DNA of 64,000 nucleotides from Girardia tigrina (Eukaryota): NCBI GenBank assembly GCA_001938485.1, contig MQRK01225780.1, positions 48,656 to 112,655 of the forward strand, read 5' to 3'. Shown piece by piece: positions 50,700 to 64,000 of this stretch (position 1 is its first letter; each line of letters starts with the position of its first letter). The notes under the pieces were generated by a model. It saw only the letters and a program-made list of their open reading frames with translations, ran no database searches and was not told where the DNA came from. The position numbers and the translations under genes were made by a program.

Positions 50700-51440
50700 A
50701 AAGTTATCGGTAATGGGATACAATAATCAAATCGGCTAATCGAATATCTCGAATGTGATTAAGTATCACCTGATGAAATTTAAGTAGAAATTGTAGGTAC
50801 CAAGCAATTTTGCAATGCCACCTTTTTTCTTCGCCTGTTAAAAAAGATCTAGATGGTAGGATGACTGGCATGAAAGAGTAATTGTAAATTATAATACCAA
50901 CCTTCCACTGCATTGGTCTCTCTGGTAATGCCATCAGAAACGCTGCTATGATGATTTCACAGATTGGTTGAAAATATAGGAGTCTTCTAATTCCATTTCT
51001 TATTTGGTCACCATTAATATAGGTGTTCTTAAAGTACATTAGTAGTTTGTCAACTTGTTTCGACTTTTGACATTCGACAATATACACTAATTTCAAAATA
51101 TTCGTCAATAACTTCAATGCGAGGTAACAAAGACAATAATACAAGCATTTTGATAAATATGCCAAAGTTTTGTTTATTGGACTCATACTCAGTTTAAAGT
51201 GCTATTTCATTTACTTTTCGGAGAAGACCTTGTGATAAATGAAAGGAACGTCCCTTAAGGTCAGTTTTTAAAAAGAAACACTTGAATGCATTGATGGTCA
51301 CAATCCCAAAATCCAAATATTTATCTTTCGGTTGACATTGCTGTAATTTATCCTTGATTTTTGAAACAGTCTTTCATATGTTCGGCCTTTTTTATCCGAA
51401 AGCAAAGCCATCAGTGGCAAAATGCAAGATCGTTCGCAGG
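50700..51440 (-). mobile_element. MULE/Mutator transposase remnant
   Basis: PLMALLSDKKGRTYERLF; DFGIVTINAF..F...LKGRSFHLSQ (MULE DFE...GC.FH motif); YFKNTYI; frameshifted RTN..EGW.N. Confidence 0.7.
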
Positions 51441-52099
51441 TTGGTTAATAGTCATGAAGTTTACTTTTCATTAATATTCTAGATTATTTAATTATAATTT
51501 AAATGACTATANNNNNNNNNNNNNNNNNNNNNNNNNNNNNNNNNNNNNNNNNNNNNNNNNNNNNNNNNNNNNNNNNNNNNNNNNNNNNNNNNNNNNNNNN
51601 NNNNNNNNNNNNNNNNNNNNNNNNNNNNNNNNNNNNNNNNNNNAATCAACATTTTTAATGTTTTTTTAGAAAATCAAGTACAATATATATATAATTAACA
51701 ACTTATATTTATTTTACCAAGTGTTTGACGGAAGAGTTAAAATAGATTAAAGTAAAGAAAACTAAAAAATAATTGAAAGCGCAAAATTCTTCTTATTATT
51801 ATTATCCTCGCTTCATTATATAGCTTCCCACAAAAGAATACAAGACTGACTTAGAAACGATCTCGGATTTCATAACGTCGAATGTTGCCGTGGAAAGGGA
51901 TCAAAGAAGAAAAAGAAACTATCAAATTACAACAAATAGTATCTTTAACTAAGAAAATACAATTTTAAAATACTACTTTTATACTTCAAAGTAACAATTC
52001 GTTAAAAAAATTATTAATTCAGTACAATATTTTAAAAAAAAAGCACAGTATTATTTATTTGTTTATCTAAATTATTAAAAACTTTGTAATGAACTACTT

Positions 52100-52100
<1 letters not shown>

Positions 52101-52152
<52 letters not shown>
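52101..52152. repeat. (TAA)n microsatellite
   Basis: Read directly from the sequence. Confidence 0.95.
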
Positions 52153-52155
<3 letters not shown>

Positions 52156-53047
52156 TACAGTTCACCTGTTGTGCTAATACAAGTACTTATGGTTTCTTCA
52201 ACATTAAAATTTCTATTACCGTAAAATCCGGCCTATATGATTAAAATTGAACTCCAAACTTAATTTAACTCCTAGTTTTTGAATTCAAATTTAAGAGGGG
52301 GTCTTATAAGTAATTTTTTATTTCATATAAATAAGGTTCATTATTAGTTTTCAAGGTGTATTTCTTATTGCTATGAAACCTTTGTACGAAACCACATGTT
52401 CTCAAATTAACTGCGTGTACGCTAATGGGGTTTAAAAATTGAGAATTTTTGAAAAATTAAAAGGTTATAAATTTAAAAAGTACCCAAAATTTTCATTTTC
52501 TCAATATTACCGTATTTTCGTTTTCATATTTTAGTATTTTGTGTTACTTACTTAAAATATAAACTAATAAATCTTTGAAAGTTCAAAAAAGCTTAATTTT
52601 TCTTTATTTTGTAAAATTTAAGTATACTCATTGAGGAGTAAATTAAGTAAACACATCCTCGCTTAAAAAACGTCAATTAACATTTACTTTCAAATTTATA
52701 ATTCTGATCATACAAACTTCACTTCTTTGTTAAAAAAGATTTATTTATCTTCTATTATTTATCGGACTTTGAAGTTTTAAAGGTTTTTATTTCTTAATAA
52801 CTAGAATCATGTTTGACAAAAATATTCTTTGATAAATTTTTCAAAAATATATTATTGAAATTGAATGACAGTCTTTTTTAAACTTAAATTAAAGCTATTA
52901 AAATGTAATGCTTTAAAAGATATATTTTTAATCTGGACCATTTAGAGGTAATATGAATTAATAAATTTAAAGATCGAAATAATATTTCCCTTGTATTTTA
53001 TATTAATAACAGTTTCTTAATGTTATACTTACAAAAATTTTATAAAC

Positions 53048-53575
53048 GGTAAAAAAAAGTTGGTCGGTGATAATTGGTCAGAAGATAAATAAATTAAATA
53101 AAATTTGTTTTTTCATGGCTTTTCAAACGGAAAATCAATAAATTAAATTAAATTTGTAAACAATCTTCTTCAATATTGTTTTACTAACGAATGGTTTCAT
53201 CGATCAATTGTCATATCCGACCAAACAAATTTAATTTAATTAATTGATTTTTCGACCAAAAATTGATGTAATTTATTCATTTCCCTACCCTTTAAGCCCC
53301 AGCCAATCAAATTTAATTTATTAATTTTCTTACCAAAATCACCCAACCAAATAAAATTTAATTGAATAAATTTCCAACTTAAAATCCCTGACAGAACAAA
53401 TTGAGTTTAATTTAACAATTTTCAGACGAAAAATCCGAGACCAAATAAATTTAATTTATTGATTTTCGGACCAAAAATCTCCGATTACTTATTGTACCGT
53501 CAAATTGTTACCCCGACAAATTGTCAGCGACAAATTGTGCCCCGACCAATTATCCACCACCAATTGATGTATACC
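53048..53575. mobile_element. MULE-like MITE with internal ~30-bp tandem repeats
   Basis: Left GGTA....TTGGTCGGTGATAATTGGTC versus the reverse complement of the right end, GGTATACATCAATTGGTGGTGGATAATTGGTC. Repeated GACAAATTGT and CCAAATAAATTTAATTT units. Confidence 0.55.
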
Positions 53576-53823
53576 TTTTATATACAAATATTTCAACTGA
53601 AAATTTTCGAATGACCGCTTTTCAAATAAAAATAAATTCTTTTCTAATTGGTTATAAATAATGCAGAATTTAGCTTAGGCATTAAAACAAATTCTACGAA
53701 AATGAAAACCTGAAATCTAACAAATCTGTAAGGGATAAAAGCGGCCACTTTGGTAGGTATAATATTAAAATTATAGATTATATTTTGGACATAATCTGTA
53801 AGATTCATAAAGTAATTTAAATA

Positions 53824-53988
53824 TTACATCAAAAATTTAAATAAACAAAATTCTGTAAGCTTACAGTCATTTAGCTGTTTGCAGTAATCAAATCCACAGT
53901 AATTAATCGGATTAAATATACCTCCAATGTGATGGTCACCAGAAACAACAATAAAAGAAACTAATAATAACACAACCTTCAGCGTCAT
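53824..53988 (-). CDS. Candidate small secreted Cys-rich peptide (54 aa, below the ORF-track cutoff)
   Basis: Manual translation MTLKVVLLLVSFIVVSG-DHHIGGIFNPINYCGFDYCKQLNDCKLTEFCLFKFLM*: a canonical signal peptide followed by 4 regularly spaced Cys. Confidence 0.55.
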   Translation of the reverse strand: MTLKVVLLLVSFIVVSGDHHIGGIFNPINYCGFDYCKQLNDCKLTEFCLFKFLM

Positions 53989-55646
53989 TATATTACAAGA
54001 AAACTGGAAATTTAAAATTTAATAATAAATAAAGCTAAGCATTAGTGATAAATAGATATTTAATCTATTACGAGTGCAGCACACAGTTATGTAATACCTG
54101 CACTTTAGAAAGAATAGTTGAAATTTCGTGAATTACAAGGAATAGTATTATCCAAACAATTTGTGCCTAAATGACAAACAATTTCTTGGACGAAATGTGC
54201 TTGGTTATAAAAATAATTTAAATTCCTATTTTTTATGATTGATAAAACATGATTCATATCATATAAGCTTATACATTATTTTTATCGAAATTATCGTATA
54301 AATATTTATTATATTTATAAAATTAATATCAGTCCCGTCTGACAAACCTTTCTTTATGCGGGCCCGTTCAGACAGTAATGCATTAAATTTATTTATATAT
54401 AACTGATGTATGATAAATAATAGTTTGAATTTAAAATTCCATAGCGAAATCAATATTACTATGCAATAAAATACAAATTATAATTGATATTATAAATAAT
54501 CAAATTAAAAAAAATAAATACAATTTTTTGAGAGTTTGTTGTTTTATTTAGATATTCTCTAAAAATTCATTCACCTACAATCAAACGCAACACTTCATCC
54601 AGCGAACATATTTTCTATCTATAATTTATTCGACTAAGGTCTCATTTTGTACAGACATTCAATATTCAAAGTAACTTATTTGTTTTCTGTGACCTCCCAA
54701 ATAATCACTTTTTCTTTTTGCTCTGATTAATTATTTTTTCTTTTTATTCTTTTCATTCTAAAGTTATTCAATTAATATTGTTTAAAATATAATTTTTATA
54801 TCTTATATTTTCATACAGTATTAATTTTGAAGGTTTTGGATTGGAAATCTTCTACATCCATGCTATTTCTGAACATTACATATTATTTATTTGGTTAAAA
54901 GTGAGTTTATAGATTTTTAAAGATCTATTAAATCTGTCTACGCATTTTAACAATATTATCATTCGTTCATTTGTTCAAAGGTGTCATAACCAAATTTCAA
55001 AATTAATTCCAATTAAAAAAAGAGAATCAGATTAAAAAAATAGAACAGAAAATCTATAAATTGTCCAAATTTTTAAAATTACGAAAATGAAGTTTATTGT
55101 GAACGAACTTTTTTTACAATGTCTAACACATTAAAAAAAATAACAGTAATACAAAAAGAACTAATTACGTGTTCATAAATTTTAAATTTGTAAATGTGTT
55201 ATCCAGACGATTAATTTCGATTAATTTAATAAAATACAGATATATAATCTGTTTTATTATTTTATAATAATTAAAAAAGGAAAAATATATTTTAAAATCA
55301 CAAAATGAGAGAGTACAATTAATGGAATAGGAAATAACTGCAACAAATTCAACATACCAACATTAATAGATCAAGATGAACTGTAATGCTTCTTCTAAAT
55401 AAATTACGAAATAATTTGATGCAGCACCAAATACTGATCTTCGCGATAATCGGATTGATGTAGACAACCTTCTGGTAGTAATTGTTCATCGGAATGTGGT
55501 TGAAAAGTTCATCATTGTTAAATTCCAATTTCTAAATTAAATTACAAACTATACAACAAGTTTTTGCTCAATCTTGGTTGAAGTTTTAAAAGAGTAAAAA
55601 AGAATTCGCATTTAAATTCATTTAAATTTAAAAAAATATGATATTT

Positions 55647-56660
55647 TAGTGATGCCCAACCTTTTTCAGTCTATGGGCCGTATTAGCATTTTAGAAGATT
55701 CTCGAGGGCCGGAGCATAATATATTACGTACAGTAATTTATAATGTCACTTAATTGATTTCAATATTAATTGTTAATGAATAAGTGTAACCTAAAAAGGA
55801 ATAATATTGTTAATAAAAAAATATTTTTATAAAAACAACCACGTTTTTCAAGCATTACCAATGCACTAAAAAGAGGAAATTAATTTTTTTTCTAGACATG
55901 TGCGAAATTTTATACCTAATCAAAAACGTGGGGTGGATTTCTGAATTACTGCTATTAGTAACTGCTATTTCCTCTTTACTGCTTTTTAGTAACAATCGAT
56001 CNNNNNNNNNNNNNNNNNNNNNNNNNNNNNNNNNNNNNNNNNNNNNNNNNNAATATTATTTAACTATTTTTAGTTATCATTTAGGAATTCAAATCTTTCG
56101 ATTGATTTCGAATAACAGAAATGATAATAAAACCAAAATAACAAAGTTTTATTTTAATAAAAGCAAGTTTCATTTCAAAATAATTTTTAAACCTAATTTT
56201 AATACTTCTACACTTAATTATCACTTGATTTTCACAATATTTGTTCAATTTATTAATTTTTTCCGTACATCCGTAAAGTAAATGTTTTAAAATATTGTAT
56301 TGTCATCGGAAGCAAGCCTGTATAAAAAAATTCAGCTCAATTGGATGACTGAAAGTGGTCGAAAAATCAATCGCAAGATTTATTCCAGACAAACAAACAG
56401 ACAAACAGACAAGAAACCAAGCTAAGAAAAACGTGGTAAAAACTAGTTATTTTTGCACTAACCCTTTATTAAAATTTTATTAATAATTGTTTATTATTAA
56501 TGCGAAGTTTGCTGTTGTTTACAAGAAACTAACTATTGATTGTCCAGTTCAAAACTCGACCATTAATTCCCAGAATGTAAAGGATCATCTGTAATTCGAT
56601 TTATCAGTCCGGGAATAAATTTATTTAAGAGGTCATAATACTCGATTAGATAAATTTCGA
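55647..56660 (-). mobile_element. hAT Charlie-like 3' end remnant interrupted by the HINE-like copy
   Basis: TAGTGATGCCCAACCTTTTT...GGGCCG...GGGCCG terminus; decayed NRITDD..L C-terminal motif near 56590. Confidence 0.45.
55820..56439 (-). mobile_element. Helentron-associated (HINE/DINE-1-like) repeat, copy 2
   Basis: Near-identical to 37330-37897 at both ends, with unrelated flanks. Confidence 0.6.
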
Positions 56661-56969
56661 AAAAGTATTATTTGAGTCTGAAATTTGGTGAAAATTAAAA
56701 AAAAATATGATCCTCCTATAGATTTTTAAAAAAATAGTTTTACAAGGGAAGCCGGTAGAAATTGTGGATTTTGCAAAATCCATGGAAAATTCAATAATAC
56801 TCCCTCTTTAAATTTTTGAAAAATGTGAAAACTTGTTTGTAGGAGTTATGTCGCTGACTTGTGGGAAAATTGTTTTTGCTTAGTTCTAGGAAGAGATGAT
56901 TTTTTTATAATTATTATTTTTTTGATTTTTACACTTAAGTGAGCATCGATGGTTTTGAATCCAATAAAA

Positions 56970-57810
56970 CAAGGGTCTTCAAAGTTTTCGCACGGAGGAC
57001 CACAATGTTGACTTTTAAGGGCACCTCGGTCTAACACTTCCAGAATTCAGTTTTTTTCAAAAACAGTAAAAGAAAAAAATATAAATCGGCTATTTATTAA
57101 AGAGATTGATGGAGTACAGATTAATAATGACAGATAATTCGTTATAGATCTGTAGCACGACCTTATGTACTTCATCCTAGAAGAGGTTTTGTCATATAAA
57201 TATGTAGTGCGAACGCTGAAATGGATTCACGAGAAAATACTTTTAAGTTAACATATTGGTCAGATGGAAGATATTTAAAAGTTCCATTAATTTTCATTCC
57301 TTAAATTTGTTTCTCAGAATGTTATTAGATGACAAATCGATAATTTCCATCTGTGAATCAGGTGATAAATTTTCAATAACAGATTCAAGAGTATTTTCGA
57401 AGATTCTTATTTGTAAAGGAGATGCATCCAGATGAAACTGTTTTTTAAAATCAGAAATAATATGTTTTATAAACAACCTTGGAGTCACATCTTCCTGACT
57501 ATATTTATCACAGTATGAAAAATGACCAAAGCAGCCCTATGCTAGCTGAGTAAAAATCACAGATGAGTGAAGTTTCACCCTGTATTTACAGATCTCAATC
57601 GTTAAGGTGCATAATTAATTCTGCTGAAAATGCTAATTTCTAAAGCTTACTCTATGTAAGCAATGTCAGTGGATGAATATTCCCTTTCCAGCTTTCAATG
57701 ATGGCCAAAGCTCAAACAATCGATCAAGAATTTTCTCACAGCTAAGCAATCTTACTGACGTATGGTATGGTAGGTCTAGAAATTCTACATCTATTTCCTA
57801 GGCACCTGTT
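56970..57810 (-). mobile_element. hAT Charlie/SPIN (GTF2IRD2-like) transposase remnant with terminal repeat
   Basis: LPYHTSVRLLSCEKILDRLFEL (compare YHTEVRWLSRGKVL.R.FEL); QMEIIDLSSN..L..KF; end CAAGGGTCTTCAAA...GGACCACA. Confidence 0.8.
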
Positions 57811-58099
57811 GAAGTTTCTTAGCCAATGTGGTCAGAGTTTCTATGAATGGTGTATTGAATGTCAGCATTGTTTGAATTTTGTAATTCCTTTCAAGACAAG
57901 ACCTTAATTATTGACATCAGGACACTTTCTCGGTCTGAGATTCTTTTTTTTCAATGCATTAACTAGGGCAATCGTCATGTTATTCTTCGCTTTTGGAGCT
58001 CTTCAATAGTAATTTGCTTAGTGAAAATCGCTCTCCTTCCAAACGTCTTCTGTTTATATCCATTTTGATAGAGTGATAAATTGATAACTTTTAGTTAAT

Positions 58100-58506
58100 G
58101 TTTTTTAATAAACAATTATTCGAACAATTTTTTCATTATTTTTAGATTTTATTTTTTAAAGTTCAAATTTTGTAATTTTAGTAATAATTTTATTTACATA
58201 TTAATTTTATTTAAAAATTATTTTATGTAAAGAAAGAACATTTAATTAATTCAAAACTTAGTTAAAACTATTTATTTTATTTAAATTTTAATATGAAGAT
58301 TTGAGAAGATTTACTATTTTTAATGTTTTTTATATATCTTATGCTGTACTTTAAAATATAAATTATACTCGAATAATTATTTATCGTGAACATCTAAAAT
58401 ATCAATTTTCCATGTGGGTGGGAGAAACACATTTTCAAATACTAAACTCAACATACAAAATTCAACAAACCAATTTCAACATACCAAATTTAAAATATTC
58501 CTCACA
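58100..58506 (-). mobile_element. Gypsy LTR following a polypurine tract
   Basis: Minus strand CGAGGGGGA|TGTGAGGAAT directly downstream of integrase; homologous to 44805-45196. The distal end is undefined. Confidence 0.7.
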
Positions 58507-61212
58507 TCCCCCTCGATTTAAATGGCTTTAGCCNNNNNNNNNNNNNNNNNNNNNNNNNNNNNNNNNNNNNNNNNNNNNNNNNNCATGTCGTCGGTTCTTT
58601 ATTGTGGCTGGGCCCATATATCGATCCTCATCCTTCGTTACGTTTTCTTTCTTTATAAGCACTTTATCTCCAATTCGGAATACTCGTTTCGTTTGTGTCG
58701 TGTTTTTATTCATTTCCTTCTCGACATGTCTTTTTCCCCCGGTGTTTTTCCACCAATGTCTTAGTTTCCTACCAAATATTATTTCTGCTGGAGATATCCC
58801 TGTGGTTGCCTGAATTGTGCTATTTAGCATAAACTCTATTTCTGGCAGGATTTCCGTCCAATCTTTGTGGACCTCATCTGTCATCCGTATATTCATGGCA
58901 TCCCTAATTGTTCTGAATTGTCTCTCAACAATCCCATTGGTATTGTGGTTGTAAGGACTGGAATATACTATCTCAGCTTTAAATCTATTTGCTGTTTCTT
59001 TAAAAAGGGCTGATTCGAATGTTTTTCCTCTATCGACATGGATTTCTTTTGGTGGTCCGTATTTCCAAATCCGTTTGTCTAGTAATACCTTTCGCGCGGT
59101 TTTCTTGTCTTGATGAGATACTGAGTTCAAATTGATGTATCTGCAAAATTGATCGATTATCTCTAGTATGTATTGACAATGTCAATTTGACATCCATTAA
59201 TATTTCTTTTAAAAGGTCCACAGAAATCCATATATATTTTTTGGAATGGTTCATCAGCAGATTGTTTAATATGTTTCTCTTTTGTTTTTGTTGTTAGGGT
59301 CATATTTTCTGACAATTCATACAACTTTGCACAATTTCCTTTACCGTTTTTCTCATATCTTCCATATCGAAGTCATCTTTCAAATAATTATAAACTTTCT
59401 TGCTACCAGCGTGACACAGCATCTTGTGTATTTCTTCCACGAATTCAGTCCTTTTACCTTTCGGAATCCAGTATTTGTTATCCATTGTCATTACGATATC
59501 ATCTTTCAGTAACCATTTCTTTGTTTTCCCAGTTTTGATATCTGATCTAATCTGTTTTATCTCGTCATTATCTTTCTGCCATTTGAATCCTTTGATTCAT
59601 CGTCTAACGCTAGGAGTCTTGTTTTAACTTTACCCTTCTTAGCTTCCTCATGCATAGTTTGGTATTGTACACACATTTCACAGGAATTTCTCGATATTGC
59701 ATCGGCGTTAGAGTGTTTTTCACCTTTCCGGTATTCCATTGTCATATCCGAACCATTTAGAAAATTTATCCAAGTTTGAAATTGAGGAGTGATGGGGTTC
59801 TTTGTCGTCATCATAAAGGTAATGGCTTTATGATCCGTTCTTAATAGAAATTTCTTGTCGTACAGATAGTGCTTGAAGAGTTGTGTAAAATAGTAGATTG
59901 CTAGGAGTTCTTTTCTCGTAATACAGTATTCTAATTCATGTTTTTTCCTTTTGTGGGATCCATATGCAATCACTCTTTCTCTTCCATATATATCTTTCTG
60001 TGATAGCACCGCGCCAGTGGTGTCAAAACTAGCGTCCGTGTTCAATATGAATTTTTTTCCGAAATCTGGGTATGCTAGTATTTCAGTATTGATCATCTTT
60101 TCCTCTAATTTTTGAAACGCTTCGTTGCATTAGCTTTTTCTCTTTATTCTTTATGATTATATGTTTCGATTATATGTTTTATCAGTAAAGTTCTTCCAAT
60201 ATCCCATTTGCCGGCCATAAATATTGATTTAAATTCTGTTTAAAGTTCTATTAGTTGGTTGTCAATTTTGTTTCCAAACAACACTTTTATTCTCCTCAGT
60301 CTATACTCGTCTGATGGATAGTCTCGTATTACCAGTAACTCATTAGTATGTGATGGTTCTCTTTAACGTAATCCTGAATTTATCCAAGAAATCTATTCCT
60401 GTAATAATTTCTGGATCTAATAAATCTTTGACCACAAAGAAATCCACTTGTTGTGTTGTAACTTTTGTAAATTATTTTTATGTTGGTTGTACATTGAAAA
60501 TTATGTAATTTTTTTTGTGTAAATTTTTATGTAAATTAACTTTCGTTTTATTTTATTTTACCTTAAATCAAGAACTGTCTTTATTAATGTTATTCTTATT
60601 TTATTATTATTTGCAATTTTCATTTGAATTTAGAATTATTTTTAATGTGAAATTGAAAATAATTCTTTAAAAAAAATCAAAACTTTCAAATGTATTTATT
60701 TGTAATTTTTACCCTTCTCTAATATCTGCTCTATATTTACAAAACATTTGTCCAAATATTATTATTTTTGAAAATTGTTTTAATCGTTGATTATTAGCGA
60801 AATATATTTATTTGAATCTGGATTTCATTTCGAAATTTTTTTTAATATTTTTGAATAATGCGATTTTTTTTTAAATTCGTGACCACACAGATTAAGGTAT
60901 CACCTCACCCCTGTTTTCTGCATTCTTTCAATTATCACTTTAAGTTGAACAATACCATAGTTTATAAGTTCTGAATCATTCGCACATTCTTTTAGTTTCT
61001 TTGATCTTAACATCTTTCATATTTTTTATTCTCTCTGCTTTAATAACGTTGACTCGAGCTCCTGTATCTAACAGGCATTTGACATTTTTATTCTTTATTT
61101 GGATCTCTATACTTGGTCTACCTTTCAATTCTTTATAATTTATGTTAAACTTCGGTAATATCAATACATCTTCAACATTCTTTTTTATTTTTTTCTCATT
61201 TTCTATATACAT
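58507..61212 (-). mobile_element. Gypsy pol (protease, RNase H, integrase); RT mostly deleted
   Basis: CLLDTGARVN; LNTDASF..GAVLSQ..ELLAI..F..YL...F.LRTDHKA; H..LCHAG....C.NCQ; integrase HVDRGK.F...SSPY....NGIVER. An AT-rich insertion at ~60460-60890 splits the protease. Confidence 0.92.
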
Positions 61213-61814
61213 ACTAGCACATATTTCATATGTTGTTATGAATTCGAGGAGAGGGAAAACTTTTGAGAAATTGACAAGGGGTTCAAGGGGCGGGCTTTCG
61301 ACTTGTTCACTGGGATGTCAATCCAGAAACAAAGGGAATTCAACGCTATCATAGAAACGCTGCTGAGCGCCTATGTTCCTTATATATGCATGCAATAAAT
61401 TCTGATCGAGATGCCTTCGACCAGGTGAGTTTTTTGAGAAGTTTGCATCCGATCTGCCATGCCTCGCTACAACGACTTGTCACGGACTAGAGCCCCAGGA
61501 AATTTTTCTGCAATATGTCTCTATGACCGGTTAACATGCCAACGTCTATCGGAACCTATGATTGATAGCAATTAAGATGGATAAATCTCTCGAAGATTTG
61601 CTTCCAATGGCATGAACATTGCTCCGTATCAAATGACGGGAGACAAAGATACAATAAAGATTTCCCTCAACATATTACCCTCAATGTGATGGATTAATAG
61701 GACGAATTTTTAAGACTGAGAGAGGTAAATAAATAATTAAAGGAAAAATTAATGCACAATAAATTATGGTGAAAATATCTATATATATATATATATACAT
61801 ATGTGTGTGTGTAT

Positions 61815-63620
61815 CAGGGCCTATATTAAGAAATTTTTACTGGGGGGCACAAGCAATATGAAAGGGTCATGTGCCGAAATTAGGTAACTTTTAATCTCGG
61901 ATGAAAATAGTTTTGTTTTTTAATAATGGATTTTCCTACTTCAAACAGTTTTTTATCAAGTGTTCTCAAATTTAAATGAAGAAAATACACGAGTCACCCA
62001 ACCCATAACATTTTACAAACAGTCCAATACGAGTTACATTATATAACACTTCAACACATGTTACTTTTAAAAAAAATAATTGGTAACAAAGTCACTTTCT
62101 CAATAAATATCACGTTTGGATTTCTTTCTTGTCTTTCTTTCACCCACAAGAATTCTACCACAGTACTGTGGGGATCAAACTTGTAGGTCCCTTTTCAATT
62201 CATTCATGCAAGAGTTGGCTGTCTCAGCTGAGGTGCTCGTACGATGTGCTGAAACGTTCAAGTTGTAAAAAGAATTAAGCCTCTCAGGAAGCATGCTGTG
62301 AGGGGTGAGTGTTATTGAAGACGATATTACTTTCAAAAGAAAGCAGCTGTAGCGCTGCAGGAAGTATTTCAACTTCAATTAAGGTAAAGCATTTATTGGC
62401 TATTGCTCAGCACGGTCATCTACAAAGCGATGGATTTCTTCTGAAAACAAATGTCATGTTATTTTAACTCCTGCATTAATAAATGTTTCAAGTTCTACTG
62501 TTTGCAAAGAGTTAATATGACTTGGACTACTTCTTGTTCTACATCAAACAGCTCTCCAAGATAATTATGTACTGATTATACAATTTCGAGGTTTACTGCA
62601 TCCTGATTTCTTGTAGTTGGCATATTTGTGTTAACAGCTCTTAAAATGAGTCTCTGTTTCCTGGGGCTGTAGTGCAGAATCTCTATTTCTTATTATCTTT
62701 TAGCTTATTATTATTATTGCTTATTAAGAACAGGTTGTCACGCTTTTGCAAATCACGAAATATTTTTAAAATAGCAACTATGAAACCGTTAAGCCAAACT
62801 TCATGCATTTCCCGTTTCCATGTTTTCAAATATATCTGTGCTGTTGCTCTCACTTTTTTCAATTCGCCTTTCACTTCTAAAAACATAAAAACTTCCTTGT
62901 TGTCGTAAAAAGTATGACTAAAAGGTTGATTTAGTATGATTTAAAAGGTTGACTAAATGCTCAGCAAATAGAACTTCGTAATGATCAGGAAAATGATTCA
63001 CCGTTGGTTGAACTTGATCTTTTGTTGTCTTTTTAGACGTCCTGAAGAAGGTAGCTAGAAACTTGGCATTTTATATCCAGATACGCAGCTCCGAAACGCC
63101 TTTTTCAATGGTTTTAAAAACTGTGTCAATTCTGTGAACAACACACCATAATGTCAATAGATCACGGTGCAATCAGTTCTTCATAAGCTTCCCAAACTCC
63201 CTTGTTGTGTCTGTATTAGCGCTTTCGTCATATCTAGTAACACTAATCAGCTTGGAAGTTGGTGCGGGCTTGGTCTTTATGGCATGCTGAGTGGCTTACC
63301 GCAGTCCAAGGGCTCCAATATGTTGAGGTTCGTTGAATGCTTTGAATACCTTCTTTACTTCACGCTGTTTTGTTACTATTATTGTAGAGACTTACTTATT
63401 ATCCAGCATTTGTAGATTGACGCAGCTATTAACTTGCGTTTTGTAAGCAACAAAATCCTGTAGCTCACGAGGAAGTTCCTTCGGAATTTCTCCAGCAACG
63501 ATGAGTAGTATTTCTTGATAGCAGTTTGGGTCTCTGTAATGTAATATCGATGAGCGAGGTTGAAATTCCTCCAATGGAGAATTCATTTCTGTTTTATACG
63601 CCAAATCCACAACATTAAAA
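61815..63620 (-). mobile_element. hAT transposon remnant (ZMYM1/Tip100-like)
   Basis: End CAGGGCC....GGGGGGCA next to (TA)/(TG) repeats; decayed hATC-like region at ~62170-62380; scattered coding fragments up to 63610. Confidence 0.55.
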
Positions 63621-64000
63621 AAGTTATTTAAAATTCAAGAACTAAATTAACAAATTAATGAAAATCCAAAACTATATTAACAATTAATAAAATAAAAATT
63701 CAAAATTAAATTAAAATTCATAAAATTCAAGATTCATAAAAAACATAATAAATCAAACATAAAGAATTTGTTTAACTGTATAAATTAAAAAATTAACAAA
63801 ACGCAAATTCAATCTGTTTAGTGGTGGAATATGGATGATCAATTTGATACTACATTGTTTATAAATAAACGTTTATCGAAAATTCTCGTTCTCCTTTAAT
63901 ACCACAGACAAAAAACTGTCAAGGTCAGACTGTCAAGGAGCGATCAAATAAATCGACTGTTACGTCGATTAAAATGACATTCGGAACGAATCAGGTAGAA

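Noticed and set aside
52154-52205. Minus-strand TTGAAGA A ACC...GGT GAAC TGTA resembling a hammerhead
   Set aside because: It lacks GAAA, and the second copy at 30514-30565 breaks the core (TTTAAGA...GATGGAC). Better explained as a LINE/SINE 3' end.
61220-61700. GC-richer decayed coding-like stretch (also 21890-22150 and 29350-29631)
   Set aside because: Probably transposase relics, but no motif is strong enough to name a family.

Overview
AT-rich animal genomic DNA with scaffold gaps. The BMP sequence and transposon repertoire point to a planarian flatworm, probably Schmidtea (inference). One clearly recognisable host gene is present: a two-exon BMP2/4 gene on the minus strand (CDS 5211-4845 + 3499-2658, 402 aa after splicing). 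Other candidate host ORFs are an intronless 333-aa protein with a divergent KH-like C-terminus (24833-25834), a 54-aa signal-peptide Cys-rich ORF missed by the ORF track (53824-53988, -), a small Cys-rich transmembrane ORF and a DDX28-like pseudogene fragment. The rest is mostly decayed mobile DNA: mariner, Tc1 (one with IR-DR ends and a spliceosomal intron), hAT elements and MITEs with clean 8-bp TSDs, Merlin, MULE, piggyBac, Helentron/DINE-like, RTE LINE, Gypsy and Penelope-like elements (PLEs). The main hidden signal is five minimal type-I hammerhead ribozyme motifs tied to PLE ends. At three independent loci they sit in a fixed cassette: TATAAA, 34-35 nt, CUGANGA hammerhead with an extra U, then AAATGGCNTTT. 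One copy is a stand-alone ~180-bp unit inside (TA)n. One PLE forms an ~840-bp-arm inverted repeat with a ribozyme on each strand. Two other PLE-derived inserts are immediately preceded by (TA)n-centred fold-back palindromes of flanking DNA.
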